64,000 nucleotides of DNA from Eledone cirrhosa. Its lineage: Eukaryota. The position numbers and the translations under genes were made by a program. Numbering within the stretch: position 1 is the stretch's first letter; each line of letters starts with the position of its first letter. The stretch covers positions 22,754,001 to 22,818,000 of the forward strand of contig OZ024740.1 in assembly GCA_964016885.1 (NCBI GenBank), read 5' to 3'. The notes beneath the pieces are model-generated. The model was not told where the DNA came from and searched no databases. It worked only from the letters and a program-made list of their open reading frames with translations. Below are positions 1 through 13,152 of this stretch, in pieces.

Positions 1-43
1 CAGTGTCCGGGGATTATTTTCTTTGTTTTGTGCCACTCCTTTG

Positions 44-106
44 TTCTGTCATACGCCATCTTATTTTTGTGTGTGACACACAAAAACAAGATGGCGTAGG
101 GCAGAA
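44..106. repeat. Near-perfect inverted repeat (31-bp arms, 1-nt centre)
   Basis: ttctgtcatacgccatcttatttttgtgtgt-g-acacacaaaaacaagatggcgtagggcagaa; 28 of 31 positions are complementary. Confidence 0.85.
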
Positions 107-210
107 TTTATAATTTAATTTATAATATATTGGAGTGAAAGCAGCTGGTGCGTGTGTTTCTTATTGGCAACATGACCCTCCCAAAGTACAACAATATCAG
201 TTTCAACACA

Positions 211-214
<4 letters not shown>

Positions 215-290
<76 letters not shown>
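215..290. repeat. (TA)n microsatellite
   Basis: Perfect TA run. Confidence 0.98.
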
Positions 291-291
<1 letters not shown>

Positions 292-421
292 CGAATGAGT
301 TGTGGTAAGGAACCAGATGGACCATAACGCACCAGAGTACTCAATACTTAGGGTAGTAGAGTGGGTCATAGGAAAAAGTATGACCCCGACGGCAGAGCTC
401 AAGCCGTTTCGACGGCTATTT
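290..421 (+). mobile_element. (TA)n-associated palindromic short element, copy A (3'-truncated)
   Basis: gtggtaaggaaccagatggaccataacgcaccagagtactcaatactta...gagctcaagccgtttcgacggctatt recurs at 36599, 36804, 39848 and inverted at 59335-59563; flanked by TA runs. Confidence 0.8.
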
Positions 422-652
422 ATATATATATATATATATATATACAGAGAGAGAGAGGAAGGAAAGAAATAGAAGGAAAATAGGTAGGAAGGGGATGGGA
501 GAAAGAAATGAAGAAAATTATGAAGAATAATTAGTTTAGAGCAGCAGTTATGAGAAGAGAAAAAGGTGAAAGGAAGAAGACTGAAAAATGGTAGAGAGCA
601 AGAAGAGGAACCAATAGTAGAATAGAAAATAAAGAGAAATTAGTAGAAAAGA

Positions 653-821
653 TAGTAGTAGTAGTAGTATTGTAGTATTACTAGTAGTGGTTGTAGTAGT
701 CGTTGTAGTAGTAGTGGTTGTAGTAGTAGTAGTGGTGTTTGTAGTAGTTGTAGTAGTAGTAGTTGTAGTAGTAGTAGTAGTAGTAGTAGTAGTTGTAGTT
801 GTAGTAGTAGTAGTGGTGGTT

Positions 822-865
<44 letters not shown>

Positions 866-988
866 GGTTGTAGTAGTTGTAGTAGTAGTAATGGTAGTAG
901 TAGTAGTAGTAGTAGTATTGTAGTATTAGTAGTAGTGGTTGTAGTAGTCGTTGTAGTAGTAGTGGTTGTAGTAGTAGTAGTGGTGTTT

Positions 989-1023
<35 letters not shown>

Positions 1024-1378
1024 TGTAGTAGTAGTAGTGGTGGTTGTAGTAGTAGTAGTAGTAGTAGGGGTGGTTGTAGTAGTTGTAGTAGTAGTAATGG
1101 TAGTAGTAGTAGTAGTAGTATTGTAGTATTAGTAGAAGTGGTTGTAGTATTCGTTGTAGTAGTAGTGGTTGTAGTAGTACTAGTGGTGGTTGTAGTAGTT
1201 GTAGTAGTAGTAGTTGTAGTAGTAGTTGTAGTAGTAGTAGTAGTTGTAGTAGTAGTAGTGGTGGTTGTAGTAGTTGTAGTAGTAGTAATGGTAGTAGTAG
1301 TAGCAGTAGTAGTATTAGTAGTAGTGGTACCGGTCGTAGTAGTAGTATTTGCAGTAGTAGTAGTACCAGTAGTAGTAG
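653..1378. repeat. Degenerate (GTA)n/(GTT)/(GTG) trinucleotide array with internal duplications
   Basis: gtagtagtag with recurrent variant blocks such as gtattgtagtatta and gtcgttgtag. Confidence 0.95.
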
Positions 1379-1442
1379 AGAAGAAGACAAAGAAGAAAAA
1401 GAAGAAGAAGAAGAAAAAGAAGACAAAGCAGAAGAAGAAGAT
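1379..1442. repeat. Degenerate (GAA)n tract
   Basis: aagaagacaaagaagaaaaagaagaagaag... Confidence 0.9.
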
Positions 1443-1496
1443 AATGAGGAACAAGAGAAGAGATTCAAGATGGCAGGAGACAGAAGATGGTATGTT

Positions 1497-1963
1497 AAGG
1501 TAGGTGGGTGGTAGGGAGGAAGGTAGGTGGGTGGTGGTAGGTGGGGTGGGGTAGTGTAGTTGGGTGTGGTAGGTGGGGTGGTAGGAAGGGATGCAGGTGG
1601 GAGTGAAGGTAGGTTAGTGGGAGGGAAGTAGGTGGGGTGGGGTAGTAGTAGGTGGGTGTGAGGTGGGGTGGTAGGAAGGGGGTTAGGTGGGAGTGAAGGT
1701 AGGTTGGTGGGAGGGAAGTGGATGGGGTGGGGGTAGTGTAGGTTGGTGTGGTGGGTGGGGTGGGAGTGAAGGTAGGTAGAAGGGAGGTGGGGTGGAGTAG
1801 TGTAGGTGGGTGTGGTAGATGGGGTAGTAGTAGGTGGGTGGGGTGGGAGTGAAGGTAGGTAGGATGGAGGTGGGGTGCGGTAGTGTAGATGGGTGTGGTA
1901 GGTGCGGTGGTAGGAAGGTAGGTAGATGGGGGTGAAGGTAGGTAGGAGGGAGGTCGGGTGGGG
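1497..1963 (+). repeat. G-rich minisatellite-like tract (GGTAGGTGGGGTG variants), G-quadruplex prone
   Basis: Recurrent gtaggtggggtg and gggagtgaaggtagg units with many G3-G5 runs. Confidence 0.75.
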
Positions 1964-2034
1964 AAGTTGTTTAAAATGTTGTGGAGAGTTGAAAGTGTAA
2001 ATAGCCGTCAGGCTGTGGTGAGGTAATAACTTAG

Positions 2035-2685
2035 CAGATATATAATTAGCTACTCTCCCCCTATCTCTCTCTTTCTATCAATCTCTCTCTCCCGCTTTCT
2101 CTCTCTCTATCTTTACTCCATCCCCCTCACTGCCCCTATCTCAGATATATAATTAGCTACTCTCCCACTATCTCTCTCTATCTATCGCTCTCTCTCGCTT
2201 TCACTCTCTCTCTTTCTCTGTCTTTACACCATCCCCCTCACTGCCCCTATCCCAGATATATAATTAGCTACTCTCCCCCTATCTCTCTCTCTCTCTCTCT
2301 CTCTATCTATCACTCTCTCACGCTTTTTCCCTCTCTCTCTCTGTATTTACACCATCCCACTCAGTGCCCCTATCTCTCTCTCTGTCTTTACCACCATTCC
2401 TCGCTCTCACTTTCTCTATCTGTCTGTCTTTACCACCATCCCTCTGCTTACCCCTTACTCCCTCACTCCATCTATCACTCTCTCTCGCTTTCCCTCTTTC
2501 TCTCTCTGTCTTTACACCATTCCTCTCACTGTCCCCCTCTCTCTCTCTCTGTCTTTACCACAAATTCCTCGCTCTCACTTTCACTGTCTTTCTTTACCAA
2601 CATCCCTCCCCCTCCCCTATCTCTCTCTCTCTATCTATCACTCTCTCGCTTTCTCTCTCTCTGTCTTTACACCATCCCAGTCACT
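2035..2685 (+). repeat. ~108-bp tandem repeat (3 copies) grading into CT-rich low-complexity sequence
   Basis: cagatatataattagctactctccc at ~2035, ~2143 and ~2253; tctttacaccat motif repeated downstream. Confidence 0.85.
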
Positions 2686-5600
2686 GTTGTTTCTGGTGTT
2701 GTTGTTGGTAGTGGTGTTGCTGGTAGTGTTGTTTGTGGTGTTGTTGGTGGTAGTATTGTTGGTGGTAGTGTTGTTTGTGGTGTTGTTGTTGGTAGTGGTG
2801 TTGGTGTTAGTGTTGTTTGTGTTGTTGTTGGTGGTAGTGGCGTTGGTGGTAGTGTTGTTTGTGGTGTTGTTGTTGGTAGTGGTGTTGATGGTAGTGTAGT
2901 TTGTGGTGTTGTTGGTGGTAGTGGTGTTGGTGATAGTGTTGTTTGTGGTGTTGTTGGTGGTAGTGGTGTTGGTTGTAGTGGTGTTGGTGGTAGGGTTGTT
3001 TGTCGTGTTGTTGGTGGTAGTGGTCTTGGTGGTAGTGGTGTGTGTGGTGTTGTTGGTGGTAGTGGTGTTGATGGTAGTGTAGTTTGTGGTGTTGTTGTTG
3101 GTAGTGGTGTTGGTGGTAGTGTAGTTTCTGGTGTTGTTGTTGGTAGTGGTGTTGGTGGTAGTGTTGTTTGTGTTGTTGTTGGTGGCAGTGGTCTTGGTGG
3201 TAGTGGTGTGTGTGGTGTTGTTGGTGGTAGTGGTGTTGATGGTAGTGTAGTTTGTGGTGTTGTTGTTGGTAGTGGTATTGATGGTAGTGTTGTTTGTGGT
3301 GTTGTTGTTGGTAGTGGTGTTGGTGGTAGTGTAGTTTCTGGTGTTGTTGTTGGTAGTGGTGTTGGTGGTAGTGTTGTTTGTGTTGTTGTTGGTGGCAGTG
3401 GTGTTGGTGGTAGGGTTGTTTGTGGTGTTGTTGGTGGTGGTGGTGTTGGTGGTAGTGTTGTTTGTCGTGTTGTTGGTGGTAGTGGTGTTGATGGTAGTGG
3501 TGTTTTAGTGTTGTCGGTGGTAGTGGTGTTGGTGTTAGTGTTGTTTGTGGTGTTGTTGGTAGTGGTGTTGGTGATAGTGTTGTTTGTGGTGTTGTTGGAC
3601 GTAGTGCTGTTGGTGGTAGTGTTGTTTTTGGTGTTGTTGGACGTAGTGCTGTTGGTGGTAGTGTTGTTTGTGGTGTTGTTGGTGGTAGTGGTGTTGGTGG
3701 TAGTGTTGTTTGTGGTGTTGTTGGTGGTAGTGGTGTTGGTGGTAGTGTTGTTTGTGGTGTTGTTGGTGGTAGTGGTGTTGGTGGTAGTGTTGTTTGTGGT
3801 GTTGTTGTTGGTAGTGGTGGTGGTGGTAGTGTTGTTTGTGGTGTTGTTGGTAGTGGTGTTGGTGCTAGTGTTGTTTGTGGTGTTGTTTGTGATAGTGGTG
3901 TTGGTGGTAGTGGTGTTGGTGGTAGTGTTGTTTGTGGTGTGGTTGTTGGTAGTGGTGTCGGTGGTAGTGTTGATTGTGGTGTCGTTGTAGGGAGTGGTGT
4001 TGATGGTAGTGTTGTTTGTGGTATTGTTGGTGATAGTGGTGTTGGTGGTAGTGGTGTTTGTGGTGTTGTTGGTGGTAGTGGTGTTGGTGGTAGTGTTGTT
4101 TGTGGTGTTGTTGGTGGTAGAGGTGTTGGTGGTAGTGGTGTTTGTGGTATTGTTGGTGGTAGTGTTGTTTGTGGTGTTGTTGGTGGTAGTGGTGTTGGGG
4201 TTAGTGTAGTTTGTGGTGTTGTTGGTGGTAGTGGTGTTGGTGGTTGTGTTGTTTATGGTGTTGTTGTTGGTAGTGGTGTTGCTAGTAGTGTTGTTTGTGG
4301 TGTTGTTGGTGGTAGTAGTGTTGGTGGTAGTGTTGTCTGTGGTGTTGTTGGTGGTGGTGGTGTTGGTGGTAGTATTGTTTATGGTGTTGTTGTTGGTAGT
4401 GGTGTTGCTGGTAGCGTTGTTTGTGGTGTTGTTGGTGGTAGTGTTGTTGTTGGTAGTGGTGTTGGGGTTCGTGTAGTTTGTGGTGTTGTTGGTGGTAGTG
4501 CTGTTGGTGGTAGTGTTGTTTGTGTTGTTGTTGGTGGCAGTGGTCTTGGTATTAGTGGTGTGTGTGGTGTTGTTGGTGGTAGTGGTGTTGTTGTTGGTAG
4601 TGGTGTTGGTGGTAGTGTTGTTTGTGTTGTTGTTGGTGGCAGTGGTGTTGGTGGTAGGGTTGTTTGTGGTGTTGTTGGTGGTAGTGGTGTTGGTGGTAGT
4701 GTTGTTTGTCGTGTTGTTGGTGGTAGTGGTGTTGATGGTAGTGATGTTTTAGTGTTGTCGGTGGTAGTGGTGTTGGTGTTAGTGTTGTTTGTGGTGTTGT
4801 TGGTAGTGGTGTTGGTGGTAGTGTTGTTTGGGGTGTTGTTGGACGTAGTGCTGTTGGTGGTAGTGTTGTTTGTGGTGTTGTTGGACGTAGTGCTGTTGGT
4901 GGTAGTGTTGTTTGTGGTGTTGTTGGTGGTAGTGGTGTTGGTGGTAGTGTTGTTTGTGGTGTTGTTGGTGGTAGTGGTGTTGGTGGTAGTGTTGTTTGTG
5001 GTGTTGTTGGTGGTAGTGGTGTTGGTGGTAGTGTTGTTTGTGGTGTTGTTGTTGGTAGTGGTGGTGGTGGTAGTGTTGTTTGTGGTGTTGTTGGTAGTGG
5101 TGTTGGTGTTAGTGTTGTTTGTGGTTTTGTTGGTGATAGTGGTGTTGGTGGTAGTGGTGTTGGGGTTAGTGTAGTTTGTGGTGTTGTTGGTGGTAGTGGT
5201 GTTGGTGGTTGTGTTGTTTATGGTGTTGTTGTTGGTAGTGGTGTTGCTGGTAGTGTTGTTTGTGGTGTTGTTGGTGGTAGTGGTGTTGGTGGTAGTGTTG
5301 TCTGTGGTGTTGGTGGTAGTGGTGTTGGTGGTAGTGTTGTTTATGGTGTTGTTGTTGGTAGTGGTGTTGCTGGTAGCGTTGTTTGTGGTGTTGTTGGTGG
5401 TAGTGTTGTTGTTGGTAGTGGTGTTGGGGTTAGTGTAGTTTGTGGTGTTGTTGGTGGTAGTGCTGTTGGTGGTAGTGGTGTTTGTGGTGTTGTTGTTGGT
5501 AGTGGTGTTGATGGTAGTGTAGTTTGTGGTGTTGTTGGTGGTAGTTGTGTTAGTGGTAGTGTTGTTTGTGGTGTTGTTGTTGGTAGTGGGGTTGGTGGTA

Positions 5601-8600
5601 GTGTTGTTTGTGGTATTGTTTGTGGTATTGTTGTTTGTGGTGTTGTTGGTGGTAGTGGTGTTGATGGTAGTGTAGTTTGTTGTGTTGTTGGTGGTAGTGT
5701 TGTTTGTGGTGTTGTTGTTGGTAGTGGTGTTGGTGTTAGTGTTGTTTGTGTTGTTGTTGGTGGTAGTGGTGTTGGTGGTAGTGTTGTTTGTGGTGTTGTT
5801 GTTGGTAGTGGTGTTGATGGTAGTGTAGTTTGTGGTGTTGTTGGTGTTAGTGGTGTTGGTGATAGTGTTGTTTGTGGTGTTGTTGGTGGTAGTGGTGTTG
5901 GTTGTAGTGGTGTTGGTGGTAGGGTTGTTTGTCGTGTTGTTGGTGGTAGTGGTCTTGGTGGTAGTGGTGTGTCTGGTGTTGTTGGTGGTAGTGGTGTTGA
6001 TGATAGTGTAGTTTGTGGTGTTGTTGTTGGTAGTGGTGTTGGTGGTAGTGTAGTTTCTGGTGTTGTTGTTGGTAGTGGTGTTGGTGGTAGTGTTGTTTGT
6101 GTTGTTGTTGGTGGCAGTCGTGTTGGTGGTAGGGTTGTTTGTGGTGTTGTTGGTGGTAGTGGTCATGGTGGTAGTGGTGTGTGTGGTGTTGTTGGTGGTA
6201 GTGGTGTTGATGGTAGTGTAGTTTGTGGTGTTGTTGTTGGTAGTGGTGTTGATGGTAGTGTTGTTTGTGGTGTTGTTGTTGGAGGTGGTGTTGGTGGTAG
6301 TGTAGTTTCTGGTGTTGTTGTTGGTAGTGGTGTTGGTGGTAGTGTTGTTTGTGTTGTTGTTGGTAGCAGTGGTGTTGATGGTAGGGTTGTTTGTGGTGTT
6401 GTTGGTGGTAGTGGTGTTGGTGGTAGTGTTGTTTGTCGTGTTGTTGGTGGTAGTGGTGTTGATGGTAGTGGTGTTTTAGTGTTGTCGGTGGTAGTGGTGT
6501 TGGTGTTAGTGTTGTTTGTGGTGTTGTTGGTAGTGGTGTTGGTGGTAGTGTTGTTTGTGGTATTGTTGGACGTAGTGCTGTTGGTGGTAGTGTTGTTTGT
6601 GGTATTGTTGGACGTAGTGCTGTTGGTGGTAGTGTTGTTTGTGGTGTTGTTGGTGGTAGTGGTGTTGGTGGTAGTGTTGTTTGTGGTGTTGTTGGTGGTA
6701 GTGGTGTTGTTGGTGGTAGTGGTGTTGGTGTTAGTGTTGTTTGTGGTGTGGTTGGTTGTAGTGGTGTTGGTGGTAGTGTTGTTTGTGGTGTTGTTGTTGG
6801 TAGTGGTATTGGTGGTGTTGTTGTTGTTAGTGGTGTTGGTGTTGGTAGTGGGGTTGGTGGTAGTGTTGTTTGTGGTGTTGTTGGTAGTAGTGGTGTTGGT
6901 GGTAGTGTTGTTTGTGGTGTTGTTGGTGGTAGTGGTGTTGGTGTTAGTGCTGTTTGTGGTGTTGTTGGTGGTAGTGGTGTTGGTGGTAGTGGTGTTTGTG
7001 GTGTTGTTGGTGGTAGTGGTGTTGATGGTAGTGTAGTTTGTAGTGTTGTTGGTGGTAGTGGTGTTGGTTGTAGTGGTGCTGGTGGTAGGGTTGTTTGTGG
7101 TGTTGTTGGTGGTAGTGGTGTTGATGGTAGCGTAGTTTGTGGTGTTGTTGGTAGTGGTGTTGATGGTAGTGTAGTTTGTGGTGTTGTTGTTGGTAGTGGT
7201 GTTGATGGTAGTGTTGTTTGTGGTGTTGTTGTTGGTAGTGGTGTTGGTGGTAGTGTAGTTTGTGGTGTTGTTGTTGGTAGTGGTTTTGGTGGTAGTGTTG
7301 TTTGTGTTGTTGTTGGTGGTAGTGTTGTTGGTGGTAGGGTTGTTTGTGGTGTTGTTGGTGGTAGTGGTGTTGGTGGTATTGTTGTTGTCGTGTTGTTGGT
7401 GGTAGTGGTGTTGATGGTAGTGGTGTTTTAGTGTTGTCGGTGGTAGTGGTGTTGGTGTTAGTGTTGTTTGTGGTGTTGTTGGTAATGGTGTTGGTGGTAG
7501 TGTTGTTTGTGGTGTTGTTGGACGTAGTGCTGTTGGTGGTAGTGTTGTTTGTGGTGTTGTTGGTGGTAGTGGTGTTGGTGGTAGTGTTGTTTGTGATGTT
7601 GTTGGTGGTAGTGGTGTTGGTGGTAGTGTTGTTTGTGGTGTTGTTGTTGGTAGTGGTGGTGGTGGTAGTGTTGTTTGTGGTGTTGTTGGTAGTGGTGTTG
7701 GTGGTAGTGTTGTTTGTGGTGTTGTTGTTGGTAGTGGTAGTGGAGGTAGTGCTGTTTGTGGTGTTGTTGGTAGTGGTGTTGGTGCTAGTGTTGTTTGTGG
7801 TGTTGTTGGTGATAGTGGTGTTGGTGGTAGTGTTGTTTGTGGTGTGGTTGGTGGTAGTGGTGTCGGTGGTAGTGTTGATTGTGGTGTCGTTGTAGGGAGT
7901 GGTGTTGATGGTAGTGTTGTTTGTGGTATTGTTGGTGGTAGAGTTGTTGGTGATAGTGTTGTTTGTGGTATTGTTGGTGGTAGTGCTGTTGGTGGTAGTG
8001 GTGTTTGTGGTGTTGTTGGTGGTAGTGGTGTTGGTGGTAGTGTTGTTTGTGGTGTTGTTGGTGGTAGTGGTGTTGGTGGTAGTGGTGTTTGTGGTGTTGT
8101 TGTTGGTAGTGGTGTTGGTGGTAGTGTTGTTTGTGGTATTGTTGGTGGTAGTGTTGTTGGTGGTAGTGTTGTTTGTGGTGTTGTTGGTGGTAGTGGTGTT
8201 GATGGAAGTGTTGTTTGTGGTGTTGTTGGTGGTAGTGGTGTTGGTGGTAGTGTTGTTTGTGGTGTTGTTTTTGGTAGTGGTGTTGGAGGTAGTGTTGTTT
8301 GTGGTGTTGTTGGTGGTAGTGGTGTTGATGATAGTGTTGATTGTGGTATTGTTTGTTGGTAGTGGTGTTGGAGGTAGTGTTGTTTGTGGTGTTGTTGGTG
8401 ATAGTGTTGTTGGTGGTAGTGTTGTTTGTGGTGTTGTTGGTAGTGGTGTTGGTGTTAGTGTTGTTTGTGGTGTTGTTGGTGGTAGTGGTGTTGGTGTTAG
8501 TGTTGTTTGTGGTGTTGTTGGTGGTAGTGGTGTTGGTGGTGTTGTTGGTGGTAGTGTTGTTGTTGGAAGTGGTGTTGGGGTTAGTGTTGTTGTTGGTAGT

Positions 8601-11600
8601 GGTGTTGGGGTTAGTGTAGTTTGTGGTGTTGTTGGTGGTAGTGGTGTTGGTGGTAGTGTTGTTTGTGGTGTTGATGGTGGTAGTGTTGTTGTTGGTAGTG
8701 GTGTTGGGGTTAGTGTTGTTGTTGGTAGTGGTGTTGGGGTTAGTGTTGTTTGTGGTGTTGTCGGTGGTAGTGGTGTTGGTGGTAGTGGTGTTGTCGTGTT
8801 GTTGGTGGTAGTGGTCTTGATGGTAGTGGTGTTTTAGTGTTGTCGGTGGTAGTGGTGTTGGTGTTAGTGTTGTTTGTGGTGTTGTTGGTAATGGTGTTGG
8901 TGGTAGTGTTGTTTGTGGTGTTGTTGGACGTAGTGCTGTTGGTGGTAGTGTTGTTTGTGGTGTTGTTGGTGGTAGTGGTGTTGGTGGTAGTGTTGTTTGT
9001 GATGTTGTTGGTGGTAGTGGTGTTGGTGGTAGTGTTGTTTGTGGTGTTGTTGTTGGTAGTGGTGGTGGTGGTAGTGTTGTTTGTGGTGTTGTTGGTAGTG
9101 GTGTTGGTGGTAGTGTTGTTTGTGGTGTTGTTGTTGGTAGTGGTAGTGGAGGTAGTGTTGTTTGTGGTGTTGTTGGTAGTGGTGTTGGTGCTAGTGTTGT
9201 TTGTGGTGTTGTTGGTGATAGTGGTGTTGGTGGTAGTGGTGTTGGTGGTAGTGTTGTTTGTGGTGTGGTTGGTGGTAGTGGTGTCGGTAGTAGTGTTGAT
9301 TGTGGTGTCGTTGTAGGGAGTGGTGTTGATGGTAGTGTTGTTTGTGGTATTGTTGGTGGTAGAGTTGTTGGTGATAGTGTTGTTTGTGGTATTGTTGGTG
9401 GTAGTGGTGTTTGTGGTGTTGTTGGTGGTAGTGGTGTTGGTGGTAGTGTTGTTTGTGGTGTTGTTGGTGGTAGTGGTGTTGGTGGTAGTGGTGTTTGTGG
9501 TGTTGTTGTTGGTAGTGGTGTTGGGGTTAGTGTAGTTTGTGGTGTTGTTGGTGGTAGTGGTGTTGGTGGTAGTGTTGTTTGTGGTGTTGTTGGTGGTAGT
9601 GGTGTTGTCGCGTTGTTGGTGGTAGTGGTGTTGATGGTAGTGGGGTTTTAGTGTTGTCGGTGGTAGTGGTGTTGGTGTTAGTGTTGTTTGTGGTGTTGTT
9701 GGTAATGGTGTTGGTGGTAGTGTTGTTTGTGGTGTTGTTGGACGTAGTGCTGTTGGTGGTAGTGTTGTTTGTGGTGTTGTTGGTAGTGGTGTTGGTGGTA
9801 GTGTTGTTTGTGATGTTGTTGGTGGTAGTGGTGTTGGTGGTAGTGTTGTTTGTGGTGTTGTTGTTGGTAGTGGTGGTGGTGGTAGTGTTGTTTGTGGTGT
9901 TGTTGGTAGTGGTGTTGGTGGTAGTGTTGTTTGTGGTGTTGTTGTTGGTAGTGGTAGTGGAGGTAGTGTTGTTTGTGGTGTTGTTGGTAGTGGTGTTGGT
10001 GCTAGTGTTGTTTGTGGTGTTGTTGGTGATAGTGGTGTTGGTGGTAGTGGTGTTTGTGGTGTTGTTGTTGGTAGTGGTGTTGGTGGTAGTGTTGTTCGTG
10101 GTATTGTTGGTGGTAGTGTTGTTGGTGGTAGTGTTGTTTGTGGTGTTGTTGGTGGTAGTGGTGTTAATGGAAGTGTTGTTTGTGGTGTTGTTGGTGGTAG
10201 TGGTGTTGGTGGTAGTGTTGTTTGTGGTGTTGTTGGTGGTAGTGTTGTTGGTGGTAATGTTGTTTGTGGTGTGGTTGGTGGTAGTGGTGTCGGTGGTAGT
10301 GTTGATTGTGGTGTCGTTGTAGGGAGTGGTGTTGATGGTAGTGTTGTTTGTGGTATTGTTGGTGGTAGAGTTGTTGGTGATAGTGTTGTTTGTGGTATTG
10401 TTGGTGGTAGTGGCGTTGGTGGTAGTGGTGTTTGTGGTGTTGTTGGTGGTAGTGGTGTTGTTGGTAGTGTTGTTTGTGGTGTTGTTGGTGGTAGTGGTGT
10501 TGGTGGTAGTGGTGTTTGTGGTGCTGTTGTTGGTAGTGGTGTTGGTGGTAGTGTTGTTCGTGGTATTGTTGGTGGTAGTGTTGTTGGTGGTAGTGTTGTT
10601 TGTGGTGTTGTTGGTGGTAGTGGTGTTGATGGAAGTGTTGTTTGTGGTGTTGTTGGTGGTAGTGGTGTTGGTGGTAGTGTTGTTTGTGGTGTTGTTGTTG
10701 GTAGTGGTGTTGGAGGTAGTGTTGTTTGTGGTGTTGTTGGTGGTAGTGGTGTTGATGATAGTGTTGATTGTGGTATTGTTGTTGGTAGTGGTGTAGGAGG
10801 TAGTGTTGTTTGTGGTGTTGTTGGTGGTAGTGTTGTTGGTGGTAGTGTTGTTTGTGGTGTTGTTGGTAGTGGTGTTGGTGTTAGTGTTGTTTGTGGTGTT
10901 GTTGGTGGTAGTGGTGTTGGTGTTAGTGTTGTTTGTGGTGTTGTTGGTTGTAGTGGTGTTGGTGGTGTTGTTGGTGGTAGTGTTGTTGTTGGAAGTGGTG
11001 TTGGGGTTAGTGTTGTTGTTGGTAGTGGTGTTGGGGTTAGTGTAGTTTGTGGTGTTGTTGGTGGTAGTGGTGTTGGTGGTAGTGTTGTTTGTGGTGTTGA
11101 TGGTGGTAGTGTTGTTGTTGGTAGTGGTGTTGGGGTTAGTGTTGTTGTTGGTAGTGGTGTTGGGGTTAGTGTAGTTTGTGGTGTTGTTGGTGGTAGTGGT
11201 GTTGGTGGTAGTGTTGTTTGTGGTGTTGTTGGTGGTAGTGGTGTTGGTGGTAGTGGTGTTTGTGGTGTTGTTGTTGGTAGTGGTGTTGGCGGTAGTGCTG
11301 TTTGTGGTATTGTTGGTGGTAGTGTTGTTGGTGGTAGTGTTGTTTGTGGAGTTGTTGCTGGTAGTGGTGTTGGTGTTAGTGTTGTTTGTGGTGTTGTTGT
11401 TGGTAGTGGTGGTGGTGGTAGTGTTGTTTGTGGTGTTGTTGGTAGTGGTGTTGGTGTTAGTGTTGTTTGTGGTGTTGTTGGTGGTAGTGGTGTTGGTGGT
11501 GTTGTTGGTGGTAGTGTTGTTGTTGGTAGTGGTGTTGGGGTTAGTGTTGTTGTTGGTAGTGGTGTTGGGGTTAGTGTAGTTTGTGGTGTTGTTGGTGGTA

Positions 11601-12983
11601 GTGGTGTTGCTGCTAGTGTTGTTTGTGGTGTTGTGGGTGGTAGTGTTGTTGTTGGTAGTGGTGTTGGGGTTAGTGTAGTTTGTGGTATTGTTGGTGGTAG
11701 TGGTGTTGGTGGTAGTGTTGTTTGTGGTGTTGTTGTTGATAGTGGTGTTGGTGGTAGTGTTGTTTGTGGTATTGTTGGTGGTAGTTTGGTTGTGGTGTTG
11801 TTGGTGGTAGTGGTGTTGATTGTAGTGTTGTTTGTGGTGTCGTTGGTGGTAGTGGTGTTGGTGGTAGTGTTGTTTGTGGTGTTGTTGGTAGTGGTGTTGG
11901 TGTTAGTGTTGTTTGTGGCGTTGTTGGTGGCAGTGGTGTTGGTGTTAGTGTTGTTTGTGGTGTTGTTGGTGGTAGTGTTGTTGGTGGTAGTGTTGTTTGT
12001 GGTGTTGTTGGTAGTGGTGTTGGTGTTAGTGTTGTTTGTGGCGTTGTTGGTGGCAGTGGTGTTGGTGTTAGTGTTGTTTGTGGTGTTGTTGGTGGTAGTG
12101 GTGTTGGTGGTAGTGGTGTTTGTGGTGTTGTTGTTGGTAGTGGTGTTGGTGGTGTTGTTATTGGTAGTGGGGTTGGTGTTAGTGTTGTTTGTGGTGTTGT
12201 TGGTGGTAGTGGTGTTGGTGGTAGTGTTGTTCGTGGTTTTGTTGTTGGTAGGGGTGTTGATGGTAGTGTAGTTTGTGGTGTTGTTGGTGGTAGTGGTGTT
12301 GGTGGTAGTGTTGTTTGTGGTGTTGTTGTTGGTAGTAGTGTTGGTGGTAGTGTTGTTTGTGGTGTTGTTCGTGGTAGTGGCGTTGGTGTTAGTGTTGTTT
12401 GTGGTGTTGTTGGTGGTAGTGGTGTTGGTGGTAGTGTTGTTTATGGCGTTGTTGTTGGTAGTGGTGTTGCTGGTAGTGTTGTTTGTGGTGTTGTTGGTGG
12501 TAGTGTTGTTGTTGGTAGTGGTGTTGGGGTTAGTGTAGTTTGTGGTGTTGTTGGTGGTAGTGGTGTTGGTGGTAGTGTTGTTTGTGGTGTTGTTTGTTGG
12601 TAGTGGTGTTGGTGGTAGTGGTGTTTGTGGTGTTGTTGTTGGTAGAGGTGTTGGTGTTAGTGTTGTTTGTGGTGTTGTTGGTGGTAGTGGTGTTGGTGTT
12701 AGTGTTGTTTGTGGGGTTGCTGGTGGTAGTGGTGGTAGTGGTAGTGGTGTTTGTGGTGTTGTTGGTGGTAGTGGTGTTGATGGTAGTGTAGTTTGTAGTG
12801 TTGTTGGTGGTAGTGGTGTTGGTTGTAGTGGTGTTGGTGTTAGTGTAGTTTGTGGTGTTGTTGGTGGTAGTGGTGTTGATGGTAGTGTAGTTTGTGGTGT
12901 TGTTGTTGGTAGTGGTGTTGGTGGTAGTGTTGTTTGTGTTGTTGTTGGTGGTAGGGTTGTTGGTGGTGGTGGTGGTGGAATGG

Positions 12984-13018
<35 letters not shown>

Positions 13019-13121
13019 GTGGTGGTGATGGTGGTGGTGGAATGGTGTTGGTATTGTTGTAGTTATTGTTGTTGGTGGTGGTGGTGGTGGTGGAATGGTG
13101 TTGGTCTTGTAGTTGTTGTTG

Positions 13122-13152
<31 letters not shown>

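Noticed and set aside
4195-12540. Telomere-like ttggggttag motifs
   Set aside because: Isolated variants within the minisatellite unit; no tandem TTAGGG array.
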